The notes under the pieces were generated by a model. It searched no databases. It was not told the DNA's origin and saw only the letters and a program-made list of their open reading frames with translations. 64,000 bases of DNA from an uncultured Planctomycetota bacterium (lineage in GTDB: Bacteria; Planctomycetota; Planctomycetia; Isosphaerales; Isosphaeraceae), in contig CAWJTV010000029.1 of assembly GCA_963845755.1 (NCBI GenBank), positions 192,001 to 256,000 of the forward strand. Reading direction: 5' to 3'. A program made the translations under genes and the position numbers. Numbering within the stretch: position 1 is the first letter of the stretch; every line of letters begins with the position of its first letter. Positions 42,744 through 54,900 of the stretch are shown one piece after another.

Positions 42744-44301
42744 CTACGTCCCGGGTTCCGGAGGCTCAGCGGACGTGGCCCGGAGGTTCAAGCTCCGCCG
42801 ATAGTGCCAGGTTTGCCGCTTGGGTCCGAGGGCCTTGGTGCGCTCGGCCCAGGCCCGAGCCACGCCTTCGAGAGCCTTTCGGGGATCCTCTCCCGTGAGC
42901 GCCGCCGCGCGGCCCTTGTCGAGATCCTCGAGGTAGCCCTCGGCGCCGGGGATCCGCAGCCCCGGGACGACCCGATCGGAGAGCAAGGTCCGACTGACCG
43001 CGTCCGACCAGAGTCGGGAATCGACGTCGGCCGCCGAGGTCGGATCGGGCAGGCCTTCGCTCATCTGGCTGATCCGGAACGGCAGCATGGGGAAAGACCG
43101 CTCGCCGCGAATCCGATCGGAGCTCTCGGGACTGGCCAGGTAGCGGATGAAGTCGATCCCCGCCTCGAGCTGAGAACCGGAGACTCCCCGACGGACTCCG
43201 GCCAACCAACCGCCACCATGGGGGAGATAGCTTGGTGCGTTCCGTCCCGGGGGTTTCACCCACGACTTGGAGGTCGGCTCGAAGACCCGCTCCGAGCCCG
43301 GCAACGGGGCCACGCCGAGCCGTTTGCCGTGGGACCAATTCGAGGCGCGTTCCGCCCGATCGATCAACATCGCGACCTGACCCGAATGAAACGCTGCACG
43401 GACCGCGTTCCCATCGAGCTTCTCCAGCCCCGGGCGGGCCCGACCTCTTCAAGGCGATCGCGCCCTGGAGGGCCTCGATGAACGGGGCTGTGTCGATGCG
43501 CGGCGTCATCTTCTCCGAGTCGAAGAGGAACGAGAATTGATCGGGATGCTGGCCCAGGCTGGCGGCCCGCGCCAGGTACGTCGCATTGCCCAGGCCCTCG
43601 GCGTCCGCGCCCAGCACCAGGGCGATGCCGTGATCGGGACTCCCGTCGCCGTCCCAATCGCGGCCCTCGAAGAACCGGGCCAGTGCATCCAGCTCCACCC
43701 AGGTCTTGGGCGCCTCCAGTTTCAAGCCTTTCTCGCGTGCCGCGGCGAGATTCGCATCGCGCTCGAAGGCGTCGCGGCGATAGATCAGCACCAGCGCCGA
43801 GCCGCCGATGGGCAGGGCCACACGATCGTTGCCATAGCGAGAGACCTGATCGCGGTAAGCCGGCGCGATGTCCATGTAATGAAAGCTGTCCTCACGTTTC
43901 GGCTCGTCTTCCGATCGGGCGCGTTCGCCGACTTCCACGGATTCGTCCGGCACCGGCGGCATGACGGTTTCATTCGGGATGGTCGCGAGGATTCTTGCAT
44001 CTACCAACGCGCCCAACAGGTGGGCCGGGAACACCAAGACCTCGACGTCCCCGACCGACTCCAGAGACAGCGGCTGCTCCCGGATCGCGATCTCGCCGTG
44101 ACGCGACGCCACCCACTCCCCGCGCTGCGCCTCCACGCCCTTCAGTAGTGCCGTATCTCCCAGAGCCCCGACCTTCAGCGTCAACCCGGGGAACGTCGGG
44201 ATCGTGGGCAGGGGGACTTTCGTCTCGGTCCAGCAGCCGGATGACGACGCCATCACGATCGCGAACAGCAAGCTGAAGAGAAACCCGCGCCACTTCCGCA
44301 T
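42744..44301 (-). CDS. Extracellular solute-binding lipoprotein (frameshift near 43410)
   Basis: Lipobox-like SSGC, ALPIGG..LVLIYRRD, PKTW.EL. Confidence 0.8.
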
Positions 44302-44771
44302 CGATTGCTCCGGCAAGCCTGGATCGCCTCGCGAAGATTCACCGATCGCGCCCGGCCCTCCGACGCGATGGACAGTTCCATCGTACGAAATCACAACGAA
44401 GCGGGTCAAACCGCGGGAAGCGGCCAGTGGCAAGCAGGCGATGGTAACATTCCGACGGGCCTCCGTCTCCATGGTCCCTCACACGTTGTGGCACAGTCCC
44501 CGACCATGCGACCTGGTCGCCCGAAGGTCTCCCGCTCACGACCCCGACGCGAGATCTCGGGTCGTGCAGACCGCGAACTTTGGAGACTCACGCCGAACGG
44601 ACGAGCGCGGCCGGGCGTCAGCAGGACCGTCATACTCATCTACGATGCTTCCGGGGGAGTTCTCCGGATCGAGACGAAATTGCGGTCTGCAATGATTAGA
44701 GCGCTTCGGAAATTTGCGCAGATTTTACTGATTCGAGAGGATTCGTTGATAAGGTGGTCTGCGCGGGCAGA

Positions 44772-44880
44772 TTGGGTTCGTTTTGAGGGATTCTGGGCCT
44801 CTCCGCGCGGGTGGTTGGCTTCGTTTTGAGGAATTCTGGTGAGGTTGCCTGGGCGGTTGGGTTCGTTTTTTCGGAATCGG
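44772..44880. repeat. Three spaced copies of TTGG(G/C)TTCGTTTT..GGA(A/T)T..GG, period 42-43 bp
   Basis: Copies start at 44772, 44815 and 44857. Confidence 0.75.
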
Positions 44881-45519
44881 GTTCCTGCAGCTCATGAGTT
44901 GTTGGGCTAGTTCGTTGGAACTCGAAGATATCAAGCACGAATTAATGGAACCATCCACCTAAACTGTAATGGCTAACTGCGTCACCGTGGCTGAGTGGAT
45001 TCAACGCAACTTCGCGGGCTCGGTTCCCAACTCGGAGCCCTCGTCGCGGCGAACCGCGATGGCAGACAATCTGCCAGGACTCAAGCCAAGAACGAAGGTC
45101 TATTGATTAGGATGCCGCAACTTTGAAAAAACAGGAACGCATTATGGCCGAAACGGGCAGGAATCGTGATGTAAATCCTTACTCAACAGAGAAATAAATT
45201 TTTCGAGAATTTCTGGGAGCCGGTAGATTAGCTCGGGCGCGGCTGTTCGATGATCGCATCTGGCCGCGAGGGATCGGACTGGCATCCTACTGACACGTCG
45301 CAACTTGCCTCGAAGGGTTTAGAACCTACCATCCCGGGGCAACGCCACGAGGACTGGCCTCGGTTGAGCGCGGAAAACGGGAACTGGGTCCCTCCCCGCG
45401 TGTGCCAGCCCCGAGATCGAGGCGACCACACAGGGGCGGGAGCCAGTCCCCGTTTTTCGGATCCGTATCCCTCGCGAGCGATTCACGGCTCTGGAGCCGA
45501 TCCCATTGAGAACCTGGCA

Positions 45520-46606
45520 TCACGACCTTCGGATTCCGACTCCGCTATGGCCCGAACTGACCCGGGCATGGCTTGCTGGACGCGGGATCGATGTCCGGGC
45601 ACGATCGTGGTCGAGAAAGACACTCCCGTCGGCGACACCGCGGAGCTTCTCCATCGCGCGTTCCTCGATCTGCCGGACGCGTTCCTTGGAGATCTGAAGG
45701 AGCTTGCCGAGCTGGTTGAGCGAATGCCGCGGCTCCCCATCCAGGCCGAACCTCAGTTTGAGGACTGTCTGCTCTCGGGAGGTCAAGGTCCGGAGGATCG
45801 AGCCCAGGAATTCGACCGACTCACGATCGTCATGGTCCGGCTCCCCAACGGCCGAGAGGAGGTTGGCCAGGGGGGTAATTTCATCGACCTGGCACGGAGC
45901 ATCGAGCGAAATCTGGGTCCGGATGGCGGCGAAGTCTCGAGGGTCAACGACAGACCGAACCTTTTTCGGAGGAACGACTTCCGCGAAAAGATCTCTCTTC
46001 GCGTCCGAGGCGTGCGCCATGGCGTGTGCCAGCCGTTGAAGTTGTTTCGGGTTCAATCGGACCGGATACGCGCCGCCCGCGATCGCACGTTGCATCGCCT
46101 GGCGTATCCACCATCCCGCGTAGGTGGCCAGACGTGTCGTGTTCGCGGTGTCGAACCGGTCGATGGCCGCCATCAGGCCGCAGAAGCCTTCCTGGATCAG
46201 GTCGGCCGCGGAAATGCCCCGGTTGAAGAAGCGTTTTGCGATATGCGCGACCAGGCGGGAGTTGGCCATGGCCAGCGCGTTACGGATCTCTTGGTAGCGG
46301 CGTGCCCGGAGTGCAATCGCGAGCGTCGCCGGTTCGAGGGCCTTTACGTTGGTCGCCAGGTCGTGCATCACGCGCTGGAACTCGACGTCCGGAATGGCGA
46401 CACCCCATTCCGATCCGTCGGAACGGCGGGTGGTTCGGAGCAGCACGTCTTTCGCGTCGGCCAGCTCCAAGAGCAGCTCGCGTTCTCGCGAGGCGCTCGA
46501 TGACGTTCGCCTCCGGCGCGTCCAGGAACCAGCGTCGCGGGCCTTCGGGGTCGGGATGGTTCTGCGTCCACATCGGTGAGTACCTGAAAGAAGAGATAGA
46601 TGGCAT
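45520..46606 (-). CDS. Sigma-70 family (RpoD/RpoS-like) sigma factor; start uncertain, probable frameshift near 46490
   Basis: ANSRLVAHIAKRF, DLIQEG..GL..AIDRFD, ATYAGWWIRQ, LRFGL...SKERVRQIE. Confidence 0.85.
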
Positions 46607-46915
46607 TGTCTCGATTCCTCCAACACAAAGCGCGCGGTCCGGACCCGCCGGTCGTGAGCCGGATCGGTTGCCGGGGTCGGTGAGAGGCGGACGCTCGTCG
46701 CGTCGATCGCAAGTCGATGGATGACCGTATGGGAATGATTGACCGGCCGATCAGGATCAGCCGTCCTCGCCTCTCCCATCTCTCTAACGGCCGACCTGGG
46801 CGGGTGTCTCATGGCTGGCCGTTTCTTTTGTATTTTTCCCTTCGGGCCGGGATCAGGTAGGATAGAGAGGTCGGGCTAACCTCAAGGCGAACCGGCGAAA
46901 GAGATCCCAGGACAC

Positions 46916-46940
46916 GGGGACAGGCACCTCGAAGACTCGG
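46916..46940 (+). repeat. 25-bp REP-like direct repeat, copy 1
   Basis: GGGGACAGGCACCTCGAAGACTCGG identical to 47774-47798. Confidence 0.9.
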
Positions 46941-47008
46941 GGGCAGTCCGTTTCCGGGGATCTCTCGACAGCGATGCCGGTGGGTGTTTCGACGAGGAAG
47001 GAGGGACC

Positions 47009-47750
47009 GTGGAGAAGGTCGATGTCGAGCCGCGTCTCACGGACCTATCAACCCAGTGGAACCTGGTCTTCCTGACCCAGGTGGGCCAGCCGGAGGAAGC
47101 CCAGCGCGCGGCGGCACAACTGATGTGCCGCTATGCCGGTGCGGTCCACCGATACCTGCTGAAGGCGTTGAAAGACCCTCACGCCGCCGAGGAGCTGGAT
47201 CAGGAGTTCGCGCTCCGATTCCTCCGGGGCGATTTCCGCAATGTTCAACCCGAGTCGCGGCCGGTTTCGCGATTACGTGAAGCGGGCCGTCCAGAACCTG
47301 ATGAACGATTACTACCGACGGAAGCGCCCGGTCCTTCCCCTGGACTCGGACGTCATCGAGCCGGCCGTGGAGGACGAGGGGCTGGCCCGGTTCGAACAGC
47401 AGTTCACCCAGAGCTGGCGGAACGACTTGCTCGACCGAGCGTGGACCGCCGTCAAGGAGATGGAAAGCCGGACGGGACAGCCGCATCATACGGTCCTTCG
47501 AATTCGCGTGGATTCTCCGGAGCTCAACTCGAGCGGATGGGCGGCACGGCTGGCCAAGGCCGTGGGACATCCGGTAACGCCGGGCGCGTTCCGGCAGGCC
47601 TTGCAACGCGCGCGGCGGGCCTTTACCGGACATCTGATCCATGAAGTGGCCGCGAGCCTGGATACTCCGAGTGAGCGGGCGATGGAGGAGGAGCTGGCGG
47701 AGCTCGAGCTCTTGGAGTACTGCCGTCCTTACCTGAACGGCAACAATTGA
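47009..47750 (+). CDS. ECF-type sigma factor (frameshift near 47245)
   Basis: STQW.LV, RYAGAVHRYL, AEELDQEF, RGRFRDYVK, RQALQRAR. Confidence 0.82.
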
Positions 47751-47773
47751 GGACTTGTCGGTTACTTCCCAGA

Positions 47774-47798
47774 GGGGACAGGCACCTCGAAGACTCGG
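47774..47798 (+). repeat. 25-bp REP-like direct repeat, copy 2
   Basis: Followed by ACCCAGTCCCC, closing a hairpin with the GGGGAC start. Confidence 0.9.
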
Positions 47799-47967
47799 AC
47801 CCAGTCCCCGGTGGAAAACCTCCCGTAGAGCCTTGTCGGGCCGAGCCGGTCTGTGGAAATCCTCATCGCAAATCGGCTCATGGAACGAAGTCGCCTGGTC
47901 GCGGACGACGCACTTAACAGGCGAGGTCTTTGACCTGGCAAATCCTCCGGCGGTTGATCAAGGCGCC

Positions 47968-49086
47968 TCAGGCGTGGCCGGTCGTCACCTTGTCGAAAAC
48001 CCGGCAAAAGTTTCCGCCGCCGATCTTGCCGATCTCGCCGGGCGTGAAACCCTGGCTCAGCATCTCCGCGACGGCCGCCTTGAAGAATCCGCCGGACAGG
48101 CCGGGCCAAGCGGCGTTGGTGGATTGGCCGGCCCGGGAGGACAGGATGTCGGTGTCGCTGCCGATGCCGACGTGGTCGATGCCGACGGCATCCACCAACG
48201 CCTTGATGCCCGCGACGTACTCGCCCATCGAGTCGGACAGTTTGGTCCACACGCCGATCACGCCGCCGGCGTCCGCAACCACGCGGGCGTGGTCCTTGCT
48301 GATCAGCCGCGGGGCCATCATTTTCGCCATCCGGGGGTTCTTGCCCGCCCGCGTGTCGAGGCTGGTGTGGGAGACGATCACCGGCTGCGTGGACACCTTC
48401 AGCGCGCCGAGCACGGTCTCGTGGCTGGCGTGGGCGAGGTCGACGACGATGCCCAGCCGGTTGCACTCCTTGACGACGGCCGCGCCGAAGGGGGTCAGGC
48501 CGCCCAGGCGGGGGGGCTCGGTGTAGATGTCGCCGAGCGGCTCGACCTTATCGCCTTTATCGTGCAGCAATTGGAGGTGCCGGAGCCCGCGCTTGTACAC
48601 CTCTTCCACCCGCTCGAGGTGTCCTTCCAGGAAATGCGCCCCTTCGATCGACTGGACGAGGGCCGGCTGGCCCTTGTCGTGTGCGACCTGGAGGTCTTTC
48701 CGGTTCATAGCGCGGGTCAGGCGGTCCTTTCCTAACAGGCCGTCGACTGCGGTGAGCCCTTGCAGGAACCTGGCGTAGGGCTCGCGGGCGTTGAAGTCGA
48801 GGCGGAAGGCCGCGCAGACGGCCGTCAACCTCGAGCGCTTGATCTCGTCGGCCAGGTCAAGGTTGGACTGTGACTTCTGTTGCTCCTTCCGACCCTGCTC
48901 GGGCCTTGCCCCGCCCGGTGTGACATGGTTGTGCATGTCGATGCCGATGGTGCCGGCCAGGACCTCCGCGACCCGCGGATCCTCCGTGTCGGCCTGCGCC
49001 CGGAGCCATTCCGGCACGAGCAACACCGCGACGTTCGCCCCGACCGCTCCCGTCAGAAATTCTCGCCGCGTATGACTCCATTGCAT
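47968..49086 (-). CDS. Tat-exported membrane dipeptidase family (peptidase M19)
   Basis: TRREFL signal, DMHNH, SIEG, VDLAH, VSHT, DHVGIGSD. Confidence 0.88.
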   Translation of the reverse strand: MQWSHTRREFLTGAVGANVAVLLVPEWLRAQADTEDPRVAEVLAGTIGIDMHNHVTPGGARPEQGRKEQQKSQSNLDLADEIKRSRLTAVCAAFRLDFNAREPYARFLQGLTAVDGLLGKDRLTRAMNRKDLQVAHDKGQPALVQSIEGAHFLEGHLERVEEVYKRGLRHLQLLHDKGDKVEPLGDIYTEPPRLGGLTPFGAAVVKECNRLGIVVDLAHASHETVLGALKVSTQPVIVSHTSLDTRAGKNPRMAKMMAPRLISKDHARVVADAGGVIGVWTKLSDSMGEYVAGIKALVDAVGIDHVGIGSDTDILSSRAGQSTNAAWPGLSGGFFKAAVAEMLSQGFTPGEIGKIGGGNFCRVFDKVTTGHA

Positions 49087-49699
49087 GTATGACACCCTGG
49101 ATATGAGTGAGAGTTGGGATACGGGGTGATTCTCGAAAGTTACCTGAAAATACTCGCCTTGCAGCGCGGCGTCCCTCATGCTGCGACAGGTTTCGGCATC
49201 GCCGATCCCCAGCGATGTCCGCGCGTTTCTCGACGTCGTGAGAGGCCTACGGGTCTTTCCAACACCGGGTCTCCCGGCTGACAGCCACTCAATCCCGCAC
49301 CCTGTGCCTCGCCGAGTAAACGCCGGCCCGGCGGTTGCGGCAAGAGTCGCCAGGACAAGGATGATCGCCGTGTCTTCGGTGAGGCTACCCCGAGCCGAGA
49401 GAGCGAGCACGCCGTTGCGAGCGTGCCCAGAAACACACAGTAGCGGAGTGGGATGTGAGCCAAGTTTATCTGATCCTAACTTCGCAAGGCATTACTGATC
49501 CCCGCGAGACTTGACTCCATCCGCGCCTGCGGGACGGCCTATCATTAATGCGAGATTATAACGGCCGCCCCCTCTCTCGGGTGGAGAGGAATTCTAAAAT
49601 CCCCTTCATTATTGAACCCCCCGCCCGATGACTCGTGTGCGACCCAGGCCGGACCGCCGACCGCGCACAGGAAGTCCGCATTATCTGTAGGACTTCGAG

Positions 49700-49825
49700 T
49701 TCGATCCCTGGACGCTGGCCTCGAGCGTGCTGGACTTCAATCTCGGGATCGAGGCGTTCCAGCTCCTGGTGATCCTGGCCGCGATGCCCTGGCTCGTGCT
49801 CCTGGCCCGCTCTCACGTCTACTGA
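49700..49825 (+). pseudogene. Fragment of a HupE/UreJ-type membrane protein
   Basis: One frame reads SVLDFNLGIEAFQLLVILAAMPWL-stop with no start. Confidence 0.5.
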
Positions 49826-50206
49826 GGCCGGCGCGGGCAGACTCCGCAGAATCGGGGACTGGGCCTTAGAATCCCACCACGCGGAGCGGAGCCACCACCC
49901 CCGCTACAAGGCGACGTGCGGCCGTGACCTGTTCGGCGACTGGACCGCGACCATCCGCTACGAACGCAACGTACTCGCACCGATTCCTCGGCATTCCGGG
50001 CAAACCTCATCGCTCGCCGAAGGCGCGATGGTCCCGACCAATAGGGCGCGGTCCTCGGTCTTGTCGTGCCCCACCCCGCGAAGTAGCATGGCGACTTGTC
50101 CATCGCCCGTCTCCGTGGTCAGCACGTCGCCCGGCTTGCCGCGAGGCGTACAGCCAGTTAGCCCCGCGAGAGTCGGCAGTCGATTGCTTCATGAGGCTCA
50201 GCCAAG

Positions 50207-51994
50207 ATGATCCCATCGAACGTAACTCGAGCGCTTGCAGTGGCCCTTCCTACGATCTTGGGGCTCGCGCGACATCGCCTCGGGATACTCACCGTCCTGG
50301 TCGCACTCCCGGCCGCCGTCGCTCGTGCCCAGGTCGGCGAGGCGCCGCCCAAGCCGGCCTTCGCGGACAGCACGCCGGTGATCTCGCACGAGGACCTGAC
50401 CAAGGTCTCCCTCCCGAACACGACCATCGATTCGGTCGAGCTCAACGCCGCGGACGGGTCCTGCCGTGTCCGAGCGACCGTGACACATCCCCCGACGGGG
50501 TGTCGGGTGAAGGTGTTCGTCGCCCTGCCTACGAAGGGTTGGAATGGGCGGTTCCAAGGAACCGGCGGGGGTGGATATGTCGGCGGGAATCCCAATGGTT
50601 TGCGCGGGCCGTTGCGTTCGGGCTACGCGACAGCCGCCACCGACACCGGACACGAAGGGGGTAGCGGGAGCTTTGCCCTGGGAGCTGACGGCCGGTTGGA
50701 CTGGCATGCCGTCCAGGACTACGCGTACCTCGGCATCCATGAGATGACCGTGGTGGGTAAGGCGTTGACGAAGGCGTTCTACGGCAAGGCCCCGCGCTCT
50801 TCCTATTTCGTGGGCGGCTCGACGGGCGGTCGCCAGGGATTGATGGAGGCGCAACGCTATCCGGAGGACTACGACGGCATCATCTCCGCCTGTCCGGCCA
50901 TCAACTGGCATCGATTCCTCCCCGCGGACCTCTGGCCGCAGGTGGTCATGGTTGCCGCCGGGAATTTCGTGACGAAGGCCAAGCTCGATGCGGTCACAGC
51001 CGCCGCCGTGGCGTCCGGTGACGTCCTGGACGGCGTCACCGACGGCGTGATCGATGATCCCTCGCGTTGCACCTACGATCCGAAGGAGTTGGTGGGCACC
51101 AAGGTCGGCGACAGCACATTCACCGAAGCCGACGCGGAGGTGGTCCGGAAGATCTGGGAAGGTCCCCGGGGACAGGATGGGAAGTTCCTCTGGTACGGCC
51201 TGGCGCGCGGCACGGACCTTTCCGCGCTCGCCGGGACGGGTGGTTCGCCACTCACAGGAAAGCCGTTCTCCATACCACAGGAATGGTTCCAGTACTTTCT
51301 GCTCCAGGACCCGAAATGGAACTGGACGACGCTCACGCCGGCGGGGTTCGAGCGGCTTTGGAAGAAATCAGTTGAGGAATTCGGGGCCGTCATCGGGACA
51401 GACGACCCGGACTTGAGCCGATTTCGCGACCGGGGTGGCAAGATCATCATCACGCACGGCCTGGCCGACCAGCTCATCCCGGCCGATGGAACCATCGACT
51501 ATTACAATCGCGTCTTACAGCGGATGGGCGGCAGGGAAAAGGTCGGGCGGTTTGCTCGCTTGTTTCTCGCGCCGGGCGTCGATCACGGGTTCCGCGGCCC
51601 TGGCGCCACCCCGGTCGGCCAGATGGAGGCGATCCTGCGCTGGGTCGAGGAGGGCACACCCCCAGACAAGCTGATGGCGGAGCACCGGGACCGAAGCGGC
51701 AAGGTGACCCGGACCCGTCCGTTATTCCCGTATCCGCAGGTGTCCAGGTACAAAGGCAACGGGAGCACGGACGAAGCGGAGAACTTCGTGAGCAGCTCGG
51801 CCCGCAGATTGAAGCCAAGCTCCGCCGAGTCAATGTTCATAGGCGTGGCCCGAGGCCGGTCTCGAGGCCCCGGGGCCCGAGCTGGCTCAATCGCTCTTCG
51901 GTCCTGGCGAGCTCGGGGCACTGCAGTGTGGACTGAAGGTCGCAGGCTCGTCGGAGCGCGTCCCGGGCGAGGGAGAACCGACCCTGCTCGGTGA
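50207..51994 (+). CDS. Tannase/feruloyl esterase family hydrolase; family-like sequence ends near 51795 and the ORF runs on into the convergent gene
   Basis: WNGRFQG.GGGG, ATDTGH, GGSTGGRQG, HG.AD, PGVDHG, WVEEG..P, RPL.PYP. Confidence 0.9.
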   Translation: MIPSNVTRALAVALPTILGLARHRLGILTVLVALPAAVARAQVGEAPPKPAFADSTPVISHEDLTKVSLPNTTIDSVELNAADGSCRVRATVTHPPTGCRVKVFVALPTKGWNGRFQGTGGGGYVGGNPNGLRGPLRSGYATAATDTGHEGGSGSFALGADGRLDWHAVQDYAYLGIHEMTVVGKALTKAFYGKAPRSSYFVGGSTGGRQGLMEAQRYPEDYDGIISACPAINWHRFLPADLWPQVVMVAAGNFVTKAKLDAVTAAAVASGDVLDGVTDGVIDDPSRCTYDPKELVGTKVGDSTFTEADAEVVRKIWEGPRGQDGKFLWYGLARGTDLSALAGTGGSPLTGKPFSIPQEWFQYFLLQDPKWNWTTLTPAGFERLWKKSVEEFGAVIGTDDPDLSRFRDRGGKIIITHGLADQLIPADGTIDYYNRVLQRMGGREKVGRFARLFLAPGVDHGFRGPGATPVGQMEAILRWVEEGTPPDKLMAEHRDRSGKVTRTRPLFPYPQVSRYKGNGSTDEAENFVSSSARRLKPSSAESMFIGVARGRSRGPGARAGSIALRSWRARGTAVWTEGRRLVGARPGRGRTDPAR

Positions 51995-54900
51995 GGACCT
52001 CCCCGAGCAGCACGAGGGCATCGGCCGCCCCCCAGGCGTACTCGCACTCCGGGTGCTGCGCACCGGGGGCGACCAGTTCGCCGAGAGGCAGGTCCGGCCG
52101 GGAGGCCGGGGCACCGTCCTCCGTCAGGATCCCATTTAGAGCCCCGAGCGCCGACCGCTCGGCGGCCTCCAGGAAGGCCCCTCTCTGCGGGGAGCCTCGG
52201 TCGGGGATCGAATGGGCCCGGGCCAGGGCGAGGCGGGACCGCAGGTTGAGGAAGTCCACATGGGCCAGGCCGAGCCCGCATTGCCGGGCCAGGATCAGGC
52301 CCTCGCGCGACTCCGAATCGGCCGCCTCATACTCCCCCCGATCGGTCATCGCCCGCGCGCGAATCAGGTGATACTGGCAGAGGTGCTCCGCCGACCCCGA
52401 TCGCAGGATCCAGGGCGCCTCGCGTTCGAGGCCGGCCAGGGCCCGGTCGGCATGCCCCTCCCGTCGATCGACCTCGGCCAGGACGAGCCGCGTCCGGACC
52501 TGCTCGGGGACGTGCCGCAAGGCGCCCTTGAAACCCTCCAGGTCGGCCGCGGCCACCGCCCGGGCTCGGGCGAATTCCCCCTTCATCAGCGGCAGGTCCG
52601 CGTTGACCAGGGCCTCCCCCCAACCCAGGTCGAATGGAACATCAAGGGCATCCGGCCGCCCCATGAGGAAGGCCGCGATCGCCCGCGAGTGCTGCCAGCC
52701 GACCTTGTCGCGCACGACCCGAGGCAGGAATCCCCGGAGGCAGAGGACCGCCCCCGACCAGATCGGCCGGACCTTCGAGAGGAGGTCGAAACTCGCGCGG
52801 AGGTCGCCGACGCCCCGCAGGTACCAGGCCAGGTCGAGGTCGTTCGGACACGCCCGGAAGTACCGGAGAATCCGCGCCCCTCGCGCGAACTCCCCGAGCA
52901 CCTTGCCGAGGTGTTCCCGGCCGCCCATCCGCCTCGAGTAGAGCCCATAGGCCTCCGCCTCGTTCCCCGAATGGACGGTGTGGTAGATCACTTCCTCCAG
53001 GGCATCGAGCAGAGCCGGATCCTCCGGATTGGCCGATCCCGGGCGGAAACGGAGGGTCACCCCGGACGTGTTCGGCTCGATGTCCGGGACCTCAAAATCA
53101 TCGGACCCGTCTTCGAGGGACCGGATACAGTCGTCGATCCGCCCTACGCTCGCCCGCGACAGCCGCTGCTCATGCCGCGACAGGAACCCGCGGAGCTGGT
53201 CGATCAGCTTCTTCCGGGCGCCGAGAACAACCTCGTAGTCGAGAAACAACAGCCAATCCTCGTGCGGTTGCCTCGACCCCGCGTCGCCGATGCTCGACCA
53301 GGACAGCCTCTCGAAGTCGCGTCGCCCCGGCCCTATCCCGCGGCTGGAGAAGCAACACCGGACGTTGTCGTACCACGGAACGACAACGTACTCGCACGCG
53401 TCCGATTCGCCGTCGCTCGGGCTGAGAGCGGATCGGTGCAGCCAGAGCTGCCACGAAATCCGCAAGTCGTCGTTGGTGTAGGACTGGCCGTCGCTCAACT
53501 CCAGATCGGGTAGAGGGATTGCCGCGGACCCATCTTCCAGGTCCCGGATACAGCCGTCGATCCGCCCCGCGCACGCCCGCGACAGCCGCTGCCCATGACG
53601 CGACAGGAACCCGCGGAGACGTCCCGAAAAGTCGGAAAGGTTAAAACATTCGACTTTGAAGTGACATTCACGGAATTCTCGCAGGAATAAATCCTGGAGA
53701 TGCATGACCTCGACCTTTGACACCTTCTCCCACTCGTGGGCCACGTCCAGGCCGCAGTCGAACATCAGCTTCTTGCCGACGACGCGGTGCGCGGCTGAGG
53801 CGTCCGTGAAGATCCGGTAGAAGTGGTCGCGGACGGCCGGGTGGGCGGTGTAACCGCCGCCTGGCTCGGGGAGCAGCAAGTGCAGCCGGGCGAGCCGCCC
53901 GAACTCGGCCTCGGTGCAACCCGACAGGTCACCGCAGAGAGCGGGCACGTCGGTCCGGGAGAAGATGGAGTGGAGGGCCTCGCTGGACGCACCCGTGCGG
54001 AAGAGGCAGAACCGCACCAGCAGATCGAGCTCCCGGGAGGAAAGGGACTTCTCGTAGGCACGGAGGACGCGGGCGAGCTTGCGCTCCTCGAGGGTGTCGG
54101 AGTCGAGCCGGGGCTCCTCCAGCCGGGCGGCCGCGGCGGGTTCGCCGTCGCAGAACGCCGCGAGGTAGGCCCCCACGTGGTCGAGGGTCAGGGCATGCGA
54201 GCCGTACTCGTCGAGCACCGCGTCGACGCCCGATCGTCCCCCCGGACCCCGTGCCGTCGCAGGAGCTGCCGCGCCGCCTGCCGGTCGAGCTCGGTCGACC
54301 TCCCGCCGGGCGTACCCGCAGCCCTCCCAGCCGTGGAGGTCGGGGACGGGGAACCGGGTGGTGATCAGGCATCTGGTCCGCCCAGCCCCCGCGGCCAGCC
54401 GGGTGACGGCCTGCCGGAGCAGCGGGTCCTCCAGCTCGCCGAACCCCCGCTTGAGGTCGCCAGGCGGCCGTTGGACCCGCTCCAGGCCGTCCAGGACGAG
54501 GAGATTCCTCCCGCCGTCGTCCAGCATCTCGGTGAGTCGGTAGAGCAACCCGGCGCCGGACGATTCCGGCTTCAGCCCGCGACTGAAGTAGCGGTACGCG
54601 TGCCGCAGGAAATTGCTCACATCCTGGTCGACGTAGAAACTCCAGACGAATAGCCCGTCGGGCCGGTCCGCTCCGGCCGCGGGATCCAGGAGTCCCGACA
54701 CGAAGGCCGAGGCGATCGCGGTCTTGCCTGCGCCCCCCAATCCGATCAGCGCCAGGACATGACCATCCGCCGCACCCCGCCAGAAACCCCGCACGGCGTC
54801 GAGCTCCTCGACCCGCCCCACGAACAGGGGAGCCGATGGGAGCGGATGGACGATCCCCTCATGGAGATCAGCGAGGCGGTCAGCCCCCGCCGTCGGCTCG

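Noticed and set aside
44772..44880. Mini CRISPR array
   Set aside because: Only three degenerate repeats, spacers of about 17-18 nt and no cas genes; it fits a dispersed intergenic repeat.
51800..51994. Genuine 158-bp convergent overlap of the tannase and STAND genes
   Set aside because: Family similarity ends at AENFVSS; the tail is low-information run-on, likely from a lost stop or an indel.
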